Below the pieces are notes generated by a model. It did not search any database and had not been told where the DNA came from. It saw only the letters and a program-made list of their open reading frames with translations. From assembly GCA_046483285.1 (NCBI GenBank), contig JAWODN010000121.1, positions 5,899 to 69,898 of the forward strand: DNA of 64,000 nucleotides, written 5' to 3'. Of the stretch, positions 1 to 9,540 are shown piece by piece. This stretch comes from Candidatus Aminicenantes bacterium. Its GTDB lineage: Bacteria > Acidobacteriota > Aminicenantia > Aminicenantales > Aminicenantaceae. Position numbers and translations under genes: made by a program. Each line of letters starts with the position of its first letter. The stretch's first letter is position 1.

Positions 1-1519
1 CATCAATTATCCGCCGGTAAAGATGTTGGTTCATATGGATGTGGTTGTTCCGGGAGGGAGGCTGTTTGCGGGACCTTTGGACGTAAAAGACTCCTTTTTG
101 ATTATCCGAGGGCAGGAGGAGAGCGATATGTTCAATAGCCAAAGCGTTCGCGATCAAATCCAGCAATGAACGGGAAAGTCTATCCAAGTCTCTTTCCCGG
201 CTCAATTCCTCACTGATGGAAAGAAGGGTTTTCCGGTAATGGTAACTGCGGCGGTATATGGCGCGGTCCAGCAGGGACTGGATGAGATTTTTCAGGGGAG
301 TGAAAAGAGTGGCGCCCAGGATGATGGCCATGATACCGAGAAGCAGGACGCTGAGGTTGTCTTGAGTGGATATTTTCGTCTGAGAGGTGACAATGAAGTA
401 CACCGTCGCAATAACCATATAGGATATTATCAGCGTAACGGCTTTTTTCAGAAGAACCTCTAAATCCATGAGTTTATAGCGGGAAATGGAGTAGACGAAA
501 GCCAAGGGGATAAGGGCATGGAGAACAATAGTGGCTTCGGAAAGTTTAGAGGGGACGGAACCTGAAAAATAAGGGAAAGCATAAAAAACAGCAAATGGGA
601 TAAATCCGATTCCCAGGCCGTAGGCGACCCATTTCAATTGTTTTTTTATAATTAAATTCGTGACTTTGTAGGAATCGTAGATAATAACCGCCAGGGCGAT
701 GAATGTGAAGAGCGTCAAATGAAAAAGATTCAGTTTTTCCAGCGTCATGAAATAGTCATAAGTAAAAGACTCTCCCAGCTGAAAGATATCGGGAAGGTGA
801 AAGAAGATTTGACCTAATAACAGCAAGGTGGCCGGAAAATAGAAGAGATAGACAGGAAAAAATTGTTTTTTATTGATTTTTTTGCGTTTGGGAAAAATCG
901 CGAAAAAATGGAGGAGCAAAGGCGGGAAAAAAAGAAAAGGGATGATATCAAGCCAGTAGAAAAGGGAATCGAGCGTGTCCAAATGCCCGGTCGGCGAAAA
1001 AACCTGGAAGGAAAAAAAGGCCATTGTCACCAGGAAAAAAAATATATAGGGCGGGGAGAGAGACTTCCTGGCATTGATAAAAACGGTGAGACCGATCACA
1101 AAGGCCGTCATTCCAATCAATGCCAGATAAAAATACAGCAAATGGGTTCTTTTTTTCTCAACAAAAAAAGAAGGATACATTGGGAACCCTTCGCGGACGA
1201 TCTCATAACGGACCTTTTGGTTGGAACTTTCGGCAATCCAAAGCTGCTTGGCCACGTCAATGGGATTCTCCATGGGAGAGAGGTTGATGGAATAAAGAAT
1301 GTCTCCTTTGTTGATTCCGGCCAGATAAGCGGGGCTGCCTTTCTCCACCCGGATGGCGGTCAAGCCTTCTTTTCGTTTTTGCCACGTCACCCCGTCTGAA
1401 GGTTCTTCCCATTGGATCTTTTTATAAATATTCAGACAGCCCAGAATGAAGAGGATGAAAACGGGGATGATGATGAAAAGGGTTTTAATTCGATTGGAGG
1501 AGGTTCCTTGGAATGACAT
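1..1519 (-). CDS. PDZ domain-containing multi-pass membrane sensor protein, N-terminal part; gene runs off the window edge (3' end beyond position 1)
   Basis: My own translation of the minus strand from the complement of 'cat' at 1517-1519: MSFQGTSSNRIKTLFIIIPVFILFILGCL..., then a PDZ-like segment GLTAIRVEKGSPAYLAGINKGDILYSIN and several hydrophobic helices. No stop occurs before position 1, so the ORF track does not list it. The + strand ORFs 239..463 and 863..1399 are low-complexity antisense artefacts of this gene. Confidence 0.45.
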   Translation of the reverse strand, partial: MSFQGTSSNRIKTLFIIIPVFILFILGCLNIYKKIQWEEPSDGVTWQKRKEGLTAIRVEKGSPAYLAGINKGDILYSINLSPMENPIDVAKQLWIAESSNQKVRYEIVREGFPMYPSFFVEKKRTHLLYFYLALIGMTAFVIGLTVFINARKSLSPPYIFFFLVTMAFFSFQVFSPTGHLDTLDSLFYWLDIIPFLFFPPLLLHFFAIFPKRKKINKKQFFPVYLFYFPATLLLLGQIFFHLPDIFQLGESFTYDYFMTLEKLNLFHLTLFTFIALAVIIYDSYKVTNLIIKKQLKWVAYGLGIGFIPFAVFYAFPYFSGSVPSKLSEATIVLHALIPLAFVYSISRYKLMDLEVLLKKAVTLIISYMVIATVYFIVTSQTKISTQDNLSVLLLGIMAIILGATLFTPLKNLIQSLLDRAIYRRSYHYRKTLLSISEELSRERDLDRLSRSLLDLIANALAIEHIALLLPSDNQKGVFYVQRSRKQPPSRNNHIHMNQHLYRRIID

Positions 1520-1968
1520 GTTCACGCTGTGAATCCAAAAAATTGAATCATTTTGATAAAAAAAATTACCCTAGTGTAATATATGCACCCGGGCTGAACG
1601 GACAGCCCATTTGGTCGCCGGTTCAGCCAAATACCTCCGGAGAACCGGGTTTTCTTTTAACCATAAGGGGTTGGTGTCCCGGGACAGAAGGTTGTTCATG
1701 TAGTCGTTTTCGGATGGCTTGGACGGCGGCGTTTCCACCTGAAATGATTCCGCTGGACCAGGCCCCCTGACTGCAGAAAAAATGGACAGCGAAGCGGCCA
1801 GCAAAGCTGCCAATACTGACGTCCACACCTTAATCTTCACAAAAATAAGATAAGGTTTCCGCGGAAATTTGTCAACATGGGCCAGGCGTTTTGGGTTCAT
1901 TGACAAAATCAAGGAGATAACCTAATATGACCATACCAAAATATGTGTATGTATGGGAATAATTAAGA

Positions 1969-3177
1969 ATGCCTTATTTTCACTGCCGGTTGGCGTCTGA
2001 AGACGGACGGGTTTTTTCTGAATCCCATTTTGCCCCTTCATATGATTCTTGCCGCAAGTATTTTGAATCCGGAGGCTTCTGTATTCTTTCCATCAAAAGG
2101 GACTGGAAAAAAGTTGACGTGTCTTTTTCTTTGGGCCGCAGGAGGATTAAGCCCAAAGATTTTGTGATGTTCAACCAGGAACTGGTGGCTCTTATAAACG
2201 CCGGCTATCCCATTTTGAAAAGTCTCCAGATCATCATAAACCGGTCTAAGGATCCGCACTGGAAAGAAATTTTAATGGAAGTGGAAAATGAAGTGAGAAG
2301 CGGAAAATCCCTTTCCGAAGCCTTTTCGGAAAGCCGCATAAAATTTCCCACGGTTTATATCGCGTCGCTTATAGCCGGAGAGAGGGGAGGCAATCTTCCC
2401 GAGACCATCAAACGTTATATCGTTTATGAAAAAGTGATCAGGCGAACCCGGGAGCGGGTTAAAACCGCTTTGACCTATCCTGTTTTGCTTTTGCTGCTCT
2501 CCGGAGTTCTTTTGGGTGTTCTGGTTGGATTCATCATTCCCCGGTTTTCGGATTTTTATTCGGATTTCGGTACAGAGCTTCCTTTTATCACCCGCAGCCT
2601 GGTTTCTTTTTCAGTATTTATCCGGGATAATTTTCCATTTTTGCTGGGGTTTCTTTTGGTTATGGCGATCGGATATTTTCAAATGAAGAGAAAAGAAGCC
2701 GCCACGGTTTTTTTGGACCGCTGGAAATTGAAAATCCCCATCATGCGGCCGGTATGGATAGAATCCTCCGTGGCCCTTTTCAGCCGGACGTTAAGCCTGC
2801 TGTTGGGAGGCGGAATATCCTTGCTGCAATCGGTGGGAATTGCCCGGAAGGCGGTTCCCAATGAATATCTGGTTCATAACATGAAAGATCTCCCCGAATA
2901 CATAAAAAACGGGGAAAATCTGTCAGAAGCGGTGGATAAAGCCGGGTTTTTCACGCCGCTTGCTCTGGACATGATCCGGATTGGGGAGCGGTCCGCCAAT
3001 TTGGAAGGAATGCTTGCGGATATCGCCCAGGTTCATGATGAAAGTGTTCAAGAGAGAGTCGACCGGCTGGTGGCCCTTATCGAACCGGCCATCATTATTT
3101 TCATGGGATTTATTGTGGCCGTAATGCTTCTTTCGGTATACCTTCCCATATTCAATATAATCAGTGTGGCGAGATGA
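1969..3177 (+). CDS. pilC: type IV pilus / T2SS inner-membrane platform protein (GspF/PilC family)
   Basis: 402 aa. N-terminus FHCRLASEDGRVFSESHFAPSYDSCRKYFESGGFCILSIK matches the conserved GspF/PilC N-terminal pattern. Two T2SSF-type repeats with interspersed TM helices. The stop overlaps the pilB start (ATGA). Confidence 0.85.
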   Translation: MPYFHCRLASEDGRVFSESHFAPSYDSCRKYFESGGFCILSIKRDWKKVDVSFSLGRRRIKPKDFVMFNQELVALINAGYPILKSLQIIINRSKDPHWKEILMEVENEVRSGKSLSEAFSESRIKFPTVYIASLIAGERGGNLPETIKRYIVYEKVIRRTRERVKTALTYPVLLLLLSGVLLGVLVGFIIPRFSDFYSDFGTELPFITRSLVSFSVFIRDNFPFLLGFLLVMAIGYFQMKRKEAATVFLDRWKLKIPIMRPVWIESSVALFSRTLSLLLGGGISLLQSVGIARKAVPNEYLVHNMKDLPEYIKNGENLSEAVDKAGFFTPLALDMIRIGERSANLEGMLADIAQVHDESVQERVDRLVALIEPAIIIFMGFIVAVMLLSVYLPIFNIISVAR

Positions 3178-4793
3178 CCATGAATAAACCAAACCATAAT
3201 AAAGAGGAAGTTTTAAGAGAAGAAGAAAAAGTAAAAAAACTGGCCCAGAGGTACAAGGTTCCGTATGTGGATCTCTCTGATTTGGCTCTGGACCGGGACC
3301 TGGTTCAATCTTTTCCGGTAGATTTCCTGCACCGGTCCAATTTTATTCCTTTAAAGGAAGAAAACGGCATTGTGAAGGTCGCGGTGGCCGACCCTTCCGA
3401 TATATCCATTATTGATTCCATTGAATCTTTTCTTGGGAAAAAAGTGAAAGTGTACGCGGCGTCCAAGCCGGCCATCCATGAAGCCCTGCGGAGAAGCGAA
3501 ACCGCACTGCAGGTCCTCAAGACCGCCACAGAAGGATATTCGGTTCAGGTCCTGGACCGGGAAGAGCCGGATAAGGATGAGAGCATCTCGGTGGAAAGGC
3601 TGGCCGACCAGGACGGTTCCATCATCAAGCTGGTCAATTCCATCATTTTCACAGCTGTTCAGAAGTGGGCGTCGGATATTCATATCGAATCCCGGGAAGA
3701 TTCGCTTATGGTTAAATACAGGACCGATGGAGTCTTGAACCGGGCCATGGAGCCTATCGATCAGAAATTTCAATCCCCCATTATTTCCCGTATCAAAGTG
3801 ATGTCCGATTTGGACATTGCGGAACGGCGGGTCCCTCAAGATGGGAAATTCCGTTTGAGAATCAAAGATAAAACCATTGATTTCCGGGTTTCCATCATGC
3901 CGAGTATTTATGGTGAAGATGCGGTGATTCGGATTCTGGACAAAGAAATGATCACGGAGGCTATTTCCGAGCTGAAATTGGAAATGCTCGGTTTTTCTGA
4001 TGAAGTTCTGGAAAAAACACAGCGATATATTCATGTCCCTTATGGAATGCTGTTGGTGACCGGGCCGACCGGAAGCGGGAAAACCACTACTCTTTATGCG
4101 GCTTTGACTGAAATCAATTCACCTGAGGATAAAATTGTCACCATTGAGGATCCCGTGGAATATCAAATCCAGGGAATCACCCAGATTCCGGTCAATGAAA
4201 AAAAGGGATTGACTTTCGCGCGGGGGCTGCGTTCTATTTTAAGGCATGACCCGGATAAAATCATGGTGGGGGAAATTCGTGACCCGGAGACGGCCCAGAT
4301 CGCCATTCAATCGGCGCTGACCGGTCATTTGGTCTTCACCACCGTGCATGCCAATAACGTGTTCGACGTGATCAGCCGCTTTCTGCACATGGGCGTTGAT
4401 CCATACAGCTTTATTTCCGCGCTGAATGGAATCCTGGCCCAGAGGCTGGTGCGGGTGCTGTGCCGCCACTGCCGGGAAAAAACCAGCTACGATGATCATA
4501 TTCTGCGTGATGCGGGATTGGATCCGGATCAATACCGGAATCACGTTTTTTATGAGGCTCAGGGATGTGAAGAATGTCATTTTAAAGGATATCAAGGCCG
4601 GACGGCCATTGCTGAGTTCCTGGAGCTTTCGGACAAAATCCGGGAGATGATTCTGGATAAAAAACCTTTATCCGAAGTGAGGAAGCAGGCCCGGGCCGAG
4701 GGGATGAATTCTTTGCGGCATTTCGGATTGAGCAAAGTGGTTGACGGAATAACCAGCTTGAAAGAGTTAAACAAGGTCACTTTTGTGGAATGA
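3174..4793 (+). CDS. pilB: type IV pilus assembly ATPase (GspE/PilB family)
   Basis: 539 aa. T2SSE_N-like N-terminal domain, Walker A LLVTGPTGSGKTTTLYA, Asp box, His box, and a tetracysteine cluster CRHCREK...CEEC. Confidence 0.9.
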   Translation: MTMNKPNHNKEEVLREEEKVKKLAQRYKVPYVDLSDLALDRDLVQSFPVDFLHRSNFIPLKEENGIVKVAVADPSDISIIDSIESFLGKKVKVYAASKPAIHEALRRSETALQVLKTATEGYSVQVLDREEPDKDESISVERLADQDGSIIKLVNSIIFTAVQKWASDIHIESREDSLMVKYRTDGVLNRAMEPIDQKFQSPIISRIKVMSDLDIAERRVPQDGKFRLRIKDKTIDFRVSIMPSIYGEDAVIRILDKEMITEAISELKLEMLGFSDEVLEKTQRYIHVPYGMLLVTGPTGSGKTTTLYAALTEINSPEDKIVTIEDPVEYQIQGITQIPVNEKKGLTFARGLRSILRHDPDKIMVGEIRDPETAQIAIQSALTGHLVFTTVHANNVFDVISRFLHMGVDPYSFISALNGILAQRLVRVLCRHCREKTSYDDHILRDAGLDPDQYRNHVFYEAQGCEECHFKGYQGRTAIAEFLELSDKIREMILDKKPLSEVRKQARAEGMNSLRHFGLSKVVDGITSLKELNKVTFVE

Positions 4794-5755
4794 AGCGGAA
4801 AAACGAAAATAAAATCAAATCCCGGCGGGAAAAAGCTTTTGAATTTTTTACCAAGAGGCCGGTTCTGCCACTGGCGTTTCAAATCACGGAAAGATATGTC
4901 AGCGGCGCGGCTTTCTCCCCCAAGGAAAAAAAGGTCAAGTCCCATTTTATTTCACCTCTCCCCCCAGGGACATTAAGAGCCTCCTTTTTTAAAAAAAATA
5001 TCCGGACGCTTCGTCCGCTTTTGTCGGCGATCAAGCAAGGACAAGAAAAACTGGCGGCCCCGTCCGGCAAAACGGCTTTGCTGCTTCCGGAGATCACTCA
5101 AAAAACATTCAGTTTCTCTTTTGAGACCCTGCCTTTTTCTCAGGGAGAAAGGGAACAGCTGATCCGCTTCCGCATAAAAAAACAGCTGCCCCTGATTCCG
5201 GATGATGCCAGAATATCTTATGATACTTTCCTTAATTCGGCTTCCGGGGGCACCAGGGTGGTGGCGTCAGCGGCTTGTTGTGACGTCATAAGGGAATATG
5301 AAGCCCTTTTCGAAGAGGCCGGATTCAAGGTGAAGTTGATATCAACACCGGTTATGAGCTTGATAAATTTGCTGCGTTCGGAAGCCCCGTCGGATTTTTT
5401 ATTGCTGAATGTGGAGGAAGAAGCTTTTTCGCTGGCAGCTGTGGTCCAGGGAGAGTTCGCATTGTACCGGCAAAAATCTTTCGGGATGGAAAGCCCCGGC
5501 GAAGATGAAACAAGAGGGAAAATCAACACGGTTGTGCAGGAGATTGAAAACACTCTGAATTTCATTGAAGACCGGGAAAAAAGAAAAATGGATGCTTTTT
5601 GGGTGAGAAACGGCGGTGATGACAGGGAAGAATTTTTAAAAACATTGGCTCCACTGGTCCGGATTCCAACCAAAAACATAACGGAATGCCGCCGGTTGGA
5701 TCCCGGACTTTCCAGCCGGGAACACTTGGCGCCCCTGATAGGCCAGTTGGTATGA
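4790..5755 (+). CDS. pilM: PilM-like cytoplasmic actin-fold pilus assembly protein (real start may lie downstream of the listed one)
   Basis: Position between pilB and a PilN-like gene. No TM segment. Start overlaps the pilB stop (ATGA), stop overlaps the pilN start (ATGA). The first ~80 aa are low-complexity, so the true start is uncertain. Confidence 0.5.
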   Translation: MKRKNENKIKSRREKAFEFFTKRPVLPLAFQITERYVSGAAFSPKEKKVKSHFISPLPPGTLRASFFKKNIRTLRPLLSAIKQGQEKLAAPSGKTALLLPEITQKTFSFSFETLPFSQGEREQLIRFRIKKQLPLIPDDARISYDTFLNSASGGTRVVASAACCDVIREYEALFEEAGFKVKLISTPVMSLINLLRSEAPSDFLLLNVEEEAFSLAAVVQGEFALYRQKSFGMESPGEDETRGKINTVVQEIENTLNFIEDREKRKMDAFWVRNGGDDREEFLKTLAPLVRIPTKNITECRRLDPGLSSREHLAPLIGQLV

Positions 5756-6315
5756 TAAAACAACCGGTTAATATCAATCTGGCCACTCATCCGGTCCGCA
5801 ACCGCCGCTTGTTTTTTTCCCTGCTGGGGATCGGCGTGTTCCTTTTTTTAATCACGGCCGGGGCGGCCGCCCATGTTTTTTTGGTTTATCACAGTAAAAA
5901 TGAGGGAGCCCAAAGAGCTTCGGAACGCCTGGAAGACCGCATGAGGCAGGTCCAAAGGGAGGAAATAAGGATCACCGCCCGGATTGAGCAAATCAAGGCC
6001 GATGAAGGATTAAGGCTGGACGTTTACAATGATTTAATTTTTCAAAAAAGTTTTTCCTGGATTGAATTATTAAACGCGATGGAAGAAGCCCTTCCCGGCT
6101 CTTGTTACATGTCGTCTCTTTCTCCCTTGCAGAAAAAAGAAAATCAGCTTGAAATCAGATGTCATGTCGCTTATCCATCTTTGGACAGCTTGTTGGATTT
6201 TATATCCAATCTCCATAAAATCGGGTTTAAAAACATTCAGGTCAAAAATGAAACCGAGGGCGGCGGCGGGTATAAGATCTCGGAAATGTCGTTAAGATAT
6301 GAAAGAATTCATTAG
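5752..6315 (+). CDS. pilN: PilN-like bitopic pilus alignment protein
   Basis: Start re-assigned to the ATG at 5752 (overlapping the pilM TGA) instead of the track start at 5686. N-terminus MIKQPVNINLATHPVRNRRLFF matches the PilN INLLP/R motif. A single TM (LLGIGVFLFLITAGAAAHVF) and coiled coil follow. Confidence 0.7.
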   Translation: MIKQPVNINLATHPVRNRRLFFSLLGIGVFLFLITAGAAAHVFLVYHSKNEGAQRASERLEDRMRQVQREEIRITARIEQIKADEGLRLDVYNDLIFQKSFSWIELLNAMEEALPGSCYMSSLSPLQKKENQLEIRCHVAYPSLDSLLDFISNLHKIGFKNIQVKNETEGGGGYKISEMSLRYERIH

Positions 6316-6859
6316 TCTTCTCACCCGAAGCGAGAGACGAATCATCCTCATTATAGCCGCGGTCTTGGCGGCGGCGGCGGTTTTTTATTTTTTCATCGCC
6401 CTGCCCCAGCGCAGCGCCTATTTTTCCCGTCAAATGGAAATACGCTTCCAGAAAAAGGAATATCAGAAATTGGAAACGCAGCAGGCCGATAAAAAGAAAG
6501 AACTGGCTGACTGGATTCAGGCTCAGGAGGAGATAAATGAACTCAGGTTGAGATATTTCTACCCCCGGCAGGACGGGTACCAGAATATCCGGCAGGACCT
6601 CGGCCGCATTTTTCAAAAAACAGGGGTGAGCGTGGACCGGATCCGGTATGATTATGTCGAAGCCAAGGATGCTGACATTCAGAAAGTGATCATAAATTTT
6701 GAGGTTTCCGGGAGATATGATCATCTCAGAGGCTTTTTACATGAAATTGAGACCTTTCCCAAATTTATCTGGGTGGAAAGAATCAATTTTGGGGATACGG
6801 AAGAGGCTTCCCGGAAGTTAAGTTTGAATTTAACCCTGGCGGCTTATAATGCGCTGTAA
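6299..6859 (+). CDS. pilO: PilO-like bitopic pilus alignment protein
   Basis: 186 aa. N-terminal TM (RRIILIIAAVLAAAAVFYFFIAL), coiled coil, C-terminal alpha/beta region. Overlaps pilN by 17 nt. Confidence 0.6.
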   Translation: MKEFISLLTRSERRIILIIAAVLAAAAVFYFFIALPQRSAYFSRQMEIRFQKKEYQKLETQQADKKKELADWIQAQEEINELRLRYFYPRQDGYQNIRQDLGRIFQKTGVSVDRIRYDYVEAKDADIQKVIINFEVSGRYDHLRGFLHEIETFPKFIWVERINFGDTEEASRKLSLNLTLAAYNAL

Positions 6860-7346
6860 GATAATGATTTTTATGGGAATTCTGGCCTTGGGAGGGGCGG
6901 TGTTTTCCTTGACGCAGGGACAGGATGACCACAGAAAAACAGAGAAATTACTGCGGACGGATCTGTTGAATTTTGAGTCCGCTCCTCTTAAGAAATCCCG
7001 CAGAAACATATTCATTCCTTCTCCGGGTGATGAATCAGTCCGGGGACAGAAGCATACCGCGGAGCGGCCGGAAATTTCCGTGCTGCCGGGTGATCTTGAA
7101 TCTCTGGAAGAGGAGAGGCCCGGAACCTCCCTTTTGCCGAGAATTGATTTAAGGTATATCGGGTATGTGGGAAATAAAGAAAGAAAAGTCGCTCTCATTT
7201 TACAGGGTGGAGAAGCCCTGGCTGTCCAGCAGGAAGACATTCTTCCGGATGGGGTTAAAATCATACGGATCGCTGAAGAAGAAATTGAAGTTGAGCTGCG
7301 GGGAGGCGAAAACGTCAAGTTTTTTCTCGAGGGAGAAAAAGAATGA
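6849..7346 (+). CDS. pilP: PilP-like periplasmic (lipo)protein
   Basis: 165 aa. Signal peptide MIFMGILALGGAVFSLTQG. RNIFIPS resembles the RDPF motif of PilP. C-terminal beta domain LRYIGYV...ALIL..G..V..GD.LPDGVKIIRI resembles the PilP/GspC HR domain. The stop overlaps the pilQ ATG. Confidence 0.55.
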   Translation: MRCKIMIFMGILALGGAVFSLTQGQDDHRKTEKLLRTDLLNFESAPLKKSRRNIFIPSPGDESVRGQKHTAERPEISVLPGDLESLEEERPGTSLLPRIDLRYIGYVGNKERKVALILQGGEALAVQQEDILPDGVKIIRIAEEEIEVELRGGENVKFFLEGEKE

Positions 7347-9526
7347 GAAAAACATGGACATTATTGTTGATTCTGATATTGATGTGGGGATGTTCCACAT
7401 TTAACCGCAGTTATAAATTGGGCACCGACGCCGCCATGAATAAGGATTGGGATGAAGCCGTCCGATTTTATGAGAAAGCGGTTCTTCAGGACCCTGACAA
7501 TTCGGTCTACCGGCTGGCATTGTTTCGGGCCGCCATGGCGGCCCGAAACCAGCATCTCAGCCGGGCCCGCCGGCTGGCCGCGCAGGACCGCACGGATGAA
7601 GCCATGCAAGCGTACCAAAAGGCCCTCGCTTACGACCCGGAAAACCCCCTTCTGCAAAAGGAAATCAAGGAACTTCAGCAGAAACCTGAAGAAGCGCCTG
7701 AGGCGAAAAAAGACATGTACGAACCCCCTCTCCAGCTTCAGGTCGGCCGGGAGGATATCGTGCTGAAATTCACCCGCGACGCCAGCCTGCGTTCCATTTT
7801 CTTGGCTCTTGGGAAATATGCGGGAATCAATGTCATTTTTGATGCCCAGTTCCGGGATCAACCGTTTTCGGTTGATTTTTCAGGCATGAGTTTTTTAAGG
7901 GCTTTGGAAACCCTGTGCGTGGCCACCCAAAATTTTCACCGGGTTTTGGATGAAAAAACCATTCTGATCGTTCCCGACAGCCCCCAAAACCGGAGCCGGC
8001 ATGAAATCACAGCCATGAAAACCTACTATCTGTCCTATATTGATGCCCAGGAACTGCAGGCCCGTTTAAACGCCATGCTGAGAACACCTTCCGCCATGCC
8101 TCAGCTCACCGTGGATAAGGTTCTGAATTCCGTTACGGTTAAGAGCACTCCTGAAGTTCTCAAGCAGGCCGACGGTTTGATTCGATCCTGGGATAAGCCC
8201 AGGGGAGAGATCCTGCTGGACCTGGAGATCATGGAAGTCTCCCGGAGGAAGATGAAGCAGCTCGGCCTGGACTTGGATTCCCATGTTTTGGGGTTCCAAT
8301 ACGGCGGTGAGGGCACAACAGGCGGATCGGATTCCGACAAGGGGTGGATTGATTTCGATCAGATCGACCTGTCCAAAACCGGAAATTATCAGTTAAGCCT
8401 TCCGGTCGGTTTGCTCCGTTTCCTGGAAACGGATGCCGACACCAAGATCATCGCGCAGCCGCGGCTGCGTGGGATCGAAGGGGAAAAGATGGAATACCTG
8501 GTGGGGGATGAAGTGCCCATTCCCCAAACGACGTTTTCGCCCATGGCCGCCGGGGGAGTCAGCACCCAGCCGATCACTTCATTCCAGTACAAACCGGTGG
8601 GGATCGAAATGTACATCACCCCCCGGATTCATTTCGATGGAGAAGTCACCCTGGAAATGGAATTGAAGATCAAGGCCCTGGGCGGTTCGGGGTATGGAGA
8701 CCTCCCCATCATCACCACCCGGGAGGTCAAAAACATCATGCGGCTGAAAGAGGGGGAAACCAATCTTCTGGCCGGCCTGCTTAAAGATGAAGAACGGAAA
8801 ACGCTGAAAGGAATCGCGGGAATCAAACATATTCCTCTCCTGGGCCGTCTTTTTTCCAACACAGACTCTGAAGTGTTGCAGACCGATGTGGTCATGACCA
8901 TTACGCCTTTCATCTTACAGGATAAGTCATTGCGGGAAGCGGATTTGCGGCCCATTTGGATGGGTATGGAAAGCGTATCCGCCGGAACGGGAGCCTCCGG
9001 CCGTGACCCGGACAGCCCGGAAATGATTTATCCGGGCAGCGAGATGGAACGTCTTCCCCGCCGGCTTCCAGACCAGGCCATGGAAAGAGAAGAGGAAACT
9101 GCGGAGGGAGCCAATGAGCTGATTTTAAGCCCCCCTTCCTATCAGGGGCCGGAGAACCGGAATCTGCGGATGACCGTCAATCTTCAGACTGCCGAAGACA
9201 TTCAGAATTTTTCCATGACGGTGTCTTTTGATCCGCAAATCCTGGAACTGCAGAGCGTGAAACAGGGAAATATTATTCAGCAATTGGGAGAAAGCCCCTC
9301 CGTACTCGAAAATATCGACAATACCGCCGGTGTGTTCAACTTCGGATTTTCAAGTTCTCAGGTGGATTCGGGCGTCAAAGGCTCCGGACTGCTGGTGACA
9401 TTTATATTCAAGCCGCTGCAGGGAGGGGAAACCACGGTTTCCATTGTCAATTCCAACGCCTCCAGTGACACGGGAACCCCGGTGTCCTTTTCTGCCAATG
9501 ACAGCCGCATCATCATCCGGGAGTGA
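7343..9526 (+). CDS. pilQ: secretin (PilQ/GspD family) with N-terminal lipoprotein-TPR module and C-terminal cohesin-like module
   Basis: 727 aa. Lipobox LILMWGC. About 100 aa of TPR-like repeats (YEKAVLQDPDN..., YQKALAYDPEN). N0/N1-like domains. Secretin C-domain GETNLLAGLLKDEERKTLKGIAGIKHIPLLGRLFSNTDSEVLQTDVVMTITPFIL. An extra ~145-aa C-terminal beta module: FSMTVSFDPQILELQSVKQGNII...GSGLLVTFIFKPLQGGETTVSI. Confidence 0.85.
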   Translation: MRKTWTLLLILILMWGCSTFNRSYKLGTDAAMNKDWDEAVRFYEKAVLQDPDNSVYRLALFRAAMAARNQHLSRARRLAAQDRTDEAMQAYQKALAYDPENPLLQKEIKELQQKPEEAPEAKKDMYEPPLQLQVGREDIVLKFTRDASLRSIFLALGKYAGINVIFDAQFRDQPFSVDFSGMSFLRALETLCVATQNFHRVLDEKTILIVPDSPQNRSRHEITAMKTYYLSYIDAQELQARLNAMLRTPSAMPQLTVDKVLNSVTVKSTPEVLKQADGLIRSWDKPRGEILLDLEIMEVSRRKMKQLGLDLDSHVLGFQYGGEGTTGGSDSDKGWIDFDQIDLSKTGNYQLSLPVGLLRFLETDADTKIIAQPRLRGIEGEKMEYLVGDEVPIPQTTFSPMAAGGVSTQPITSFQYKPVGIEMYITPRIHFDGEVTLEMELKIKALGGSGYGDLPIITTREVKNIMRLKEGETNLLAGLLKDEERKTLKGIAGIKHIPLLGRLFSNTDSEVLQTDVVMTITPFILQDKSLREADLRPIWMGMESVSAGTGASGRDPDSPEMIYPGSEMERLPRRLPDQAMEREEETAEGANELILSPPSYQGPENRNLRMTVNLQTAEDIQNFSMTVSFDPQILELQSVKQGNIIQQLGESPSVLENIDNTAGVFNFGFSSSQVDSGVKGSGLLVTFIFKPLQGGETTVSIVNSNASSDTGTPVSFSANDSRIIIRE

Positions 9527-9540
9527 GGCTCTGGTTTATC

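Noticed and set aside
239-1399. Plus-strand ORFs 239..463 and 863..1399
   Set aside because: K/R/E-rich translations of poly-A/T tracts antisense to a coherent PDZ-containing membrane protein gene on the minus strand.
1571-1912. 113-aa minus-strand ORF between the sensor gene and pilC with a signal-peptide-like segment
   Set aside because: Possibly a small exported protein co-transcribed with the sensor gene, but no recognisable motif and it overlaps the likely pilC promoter region. Insufficient support.
3351-4034. 227-aa minus-strand ORF inside pilB and similar long antisense ORFs (7361..7861, 20961..21563, 21814..22383, 23125..23961, 44014..44994, 45931..46590)
   Set aside because: Entirely antisense to strongly supported genes with recognisable motifs. 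No independent signatures.
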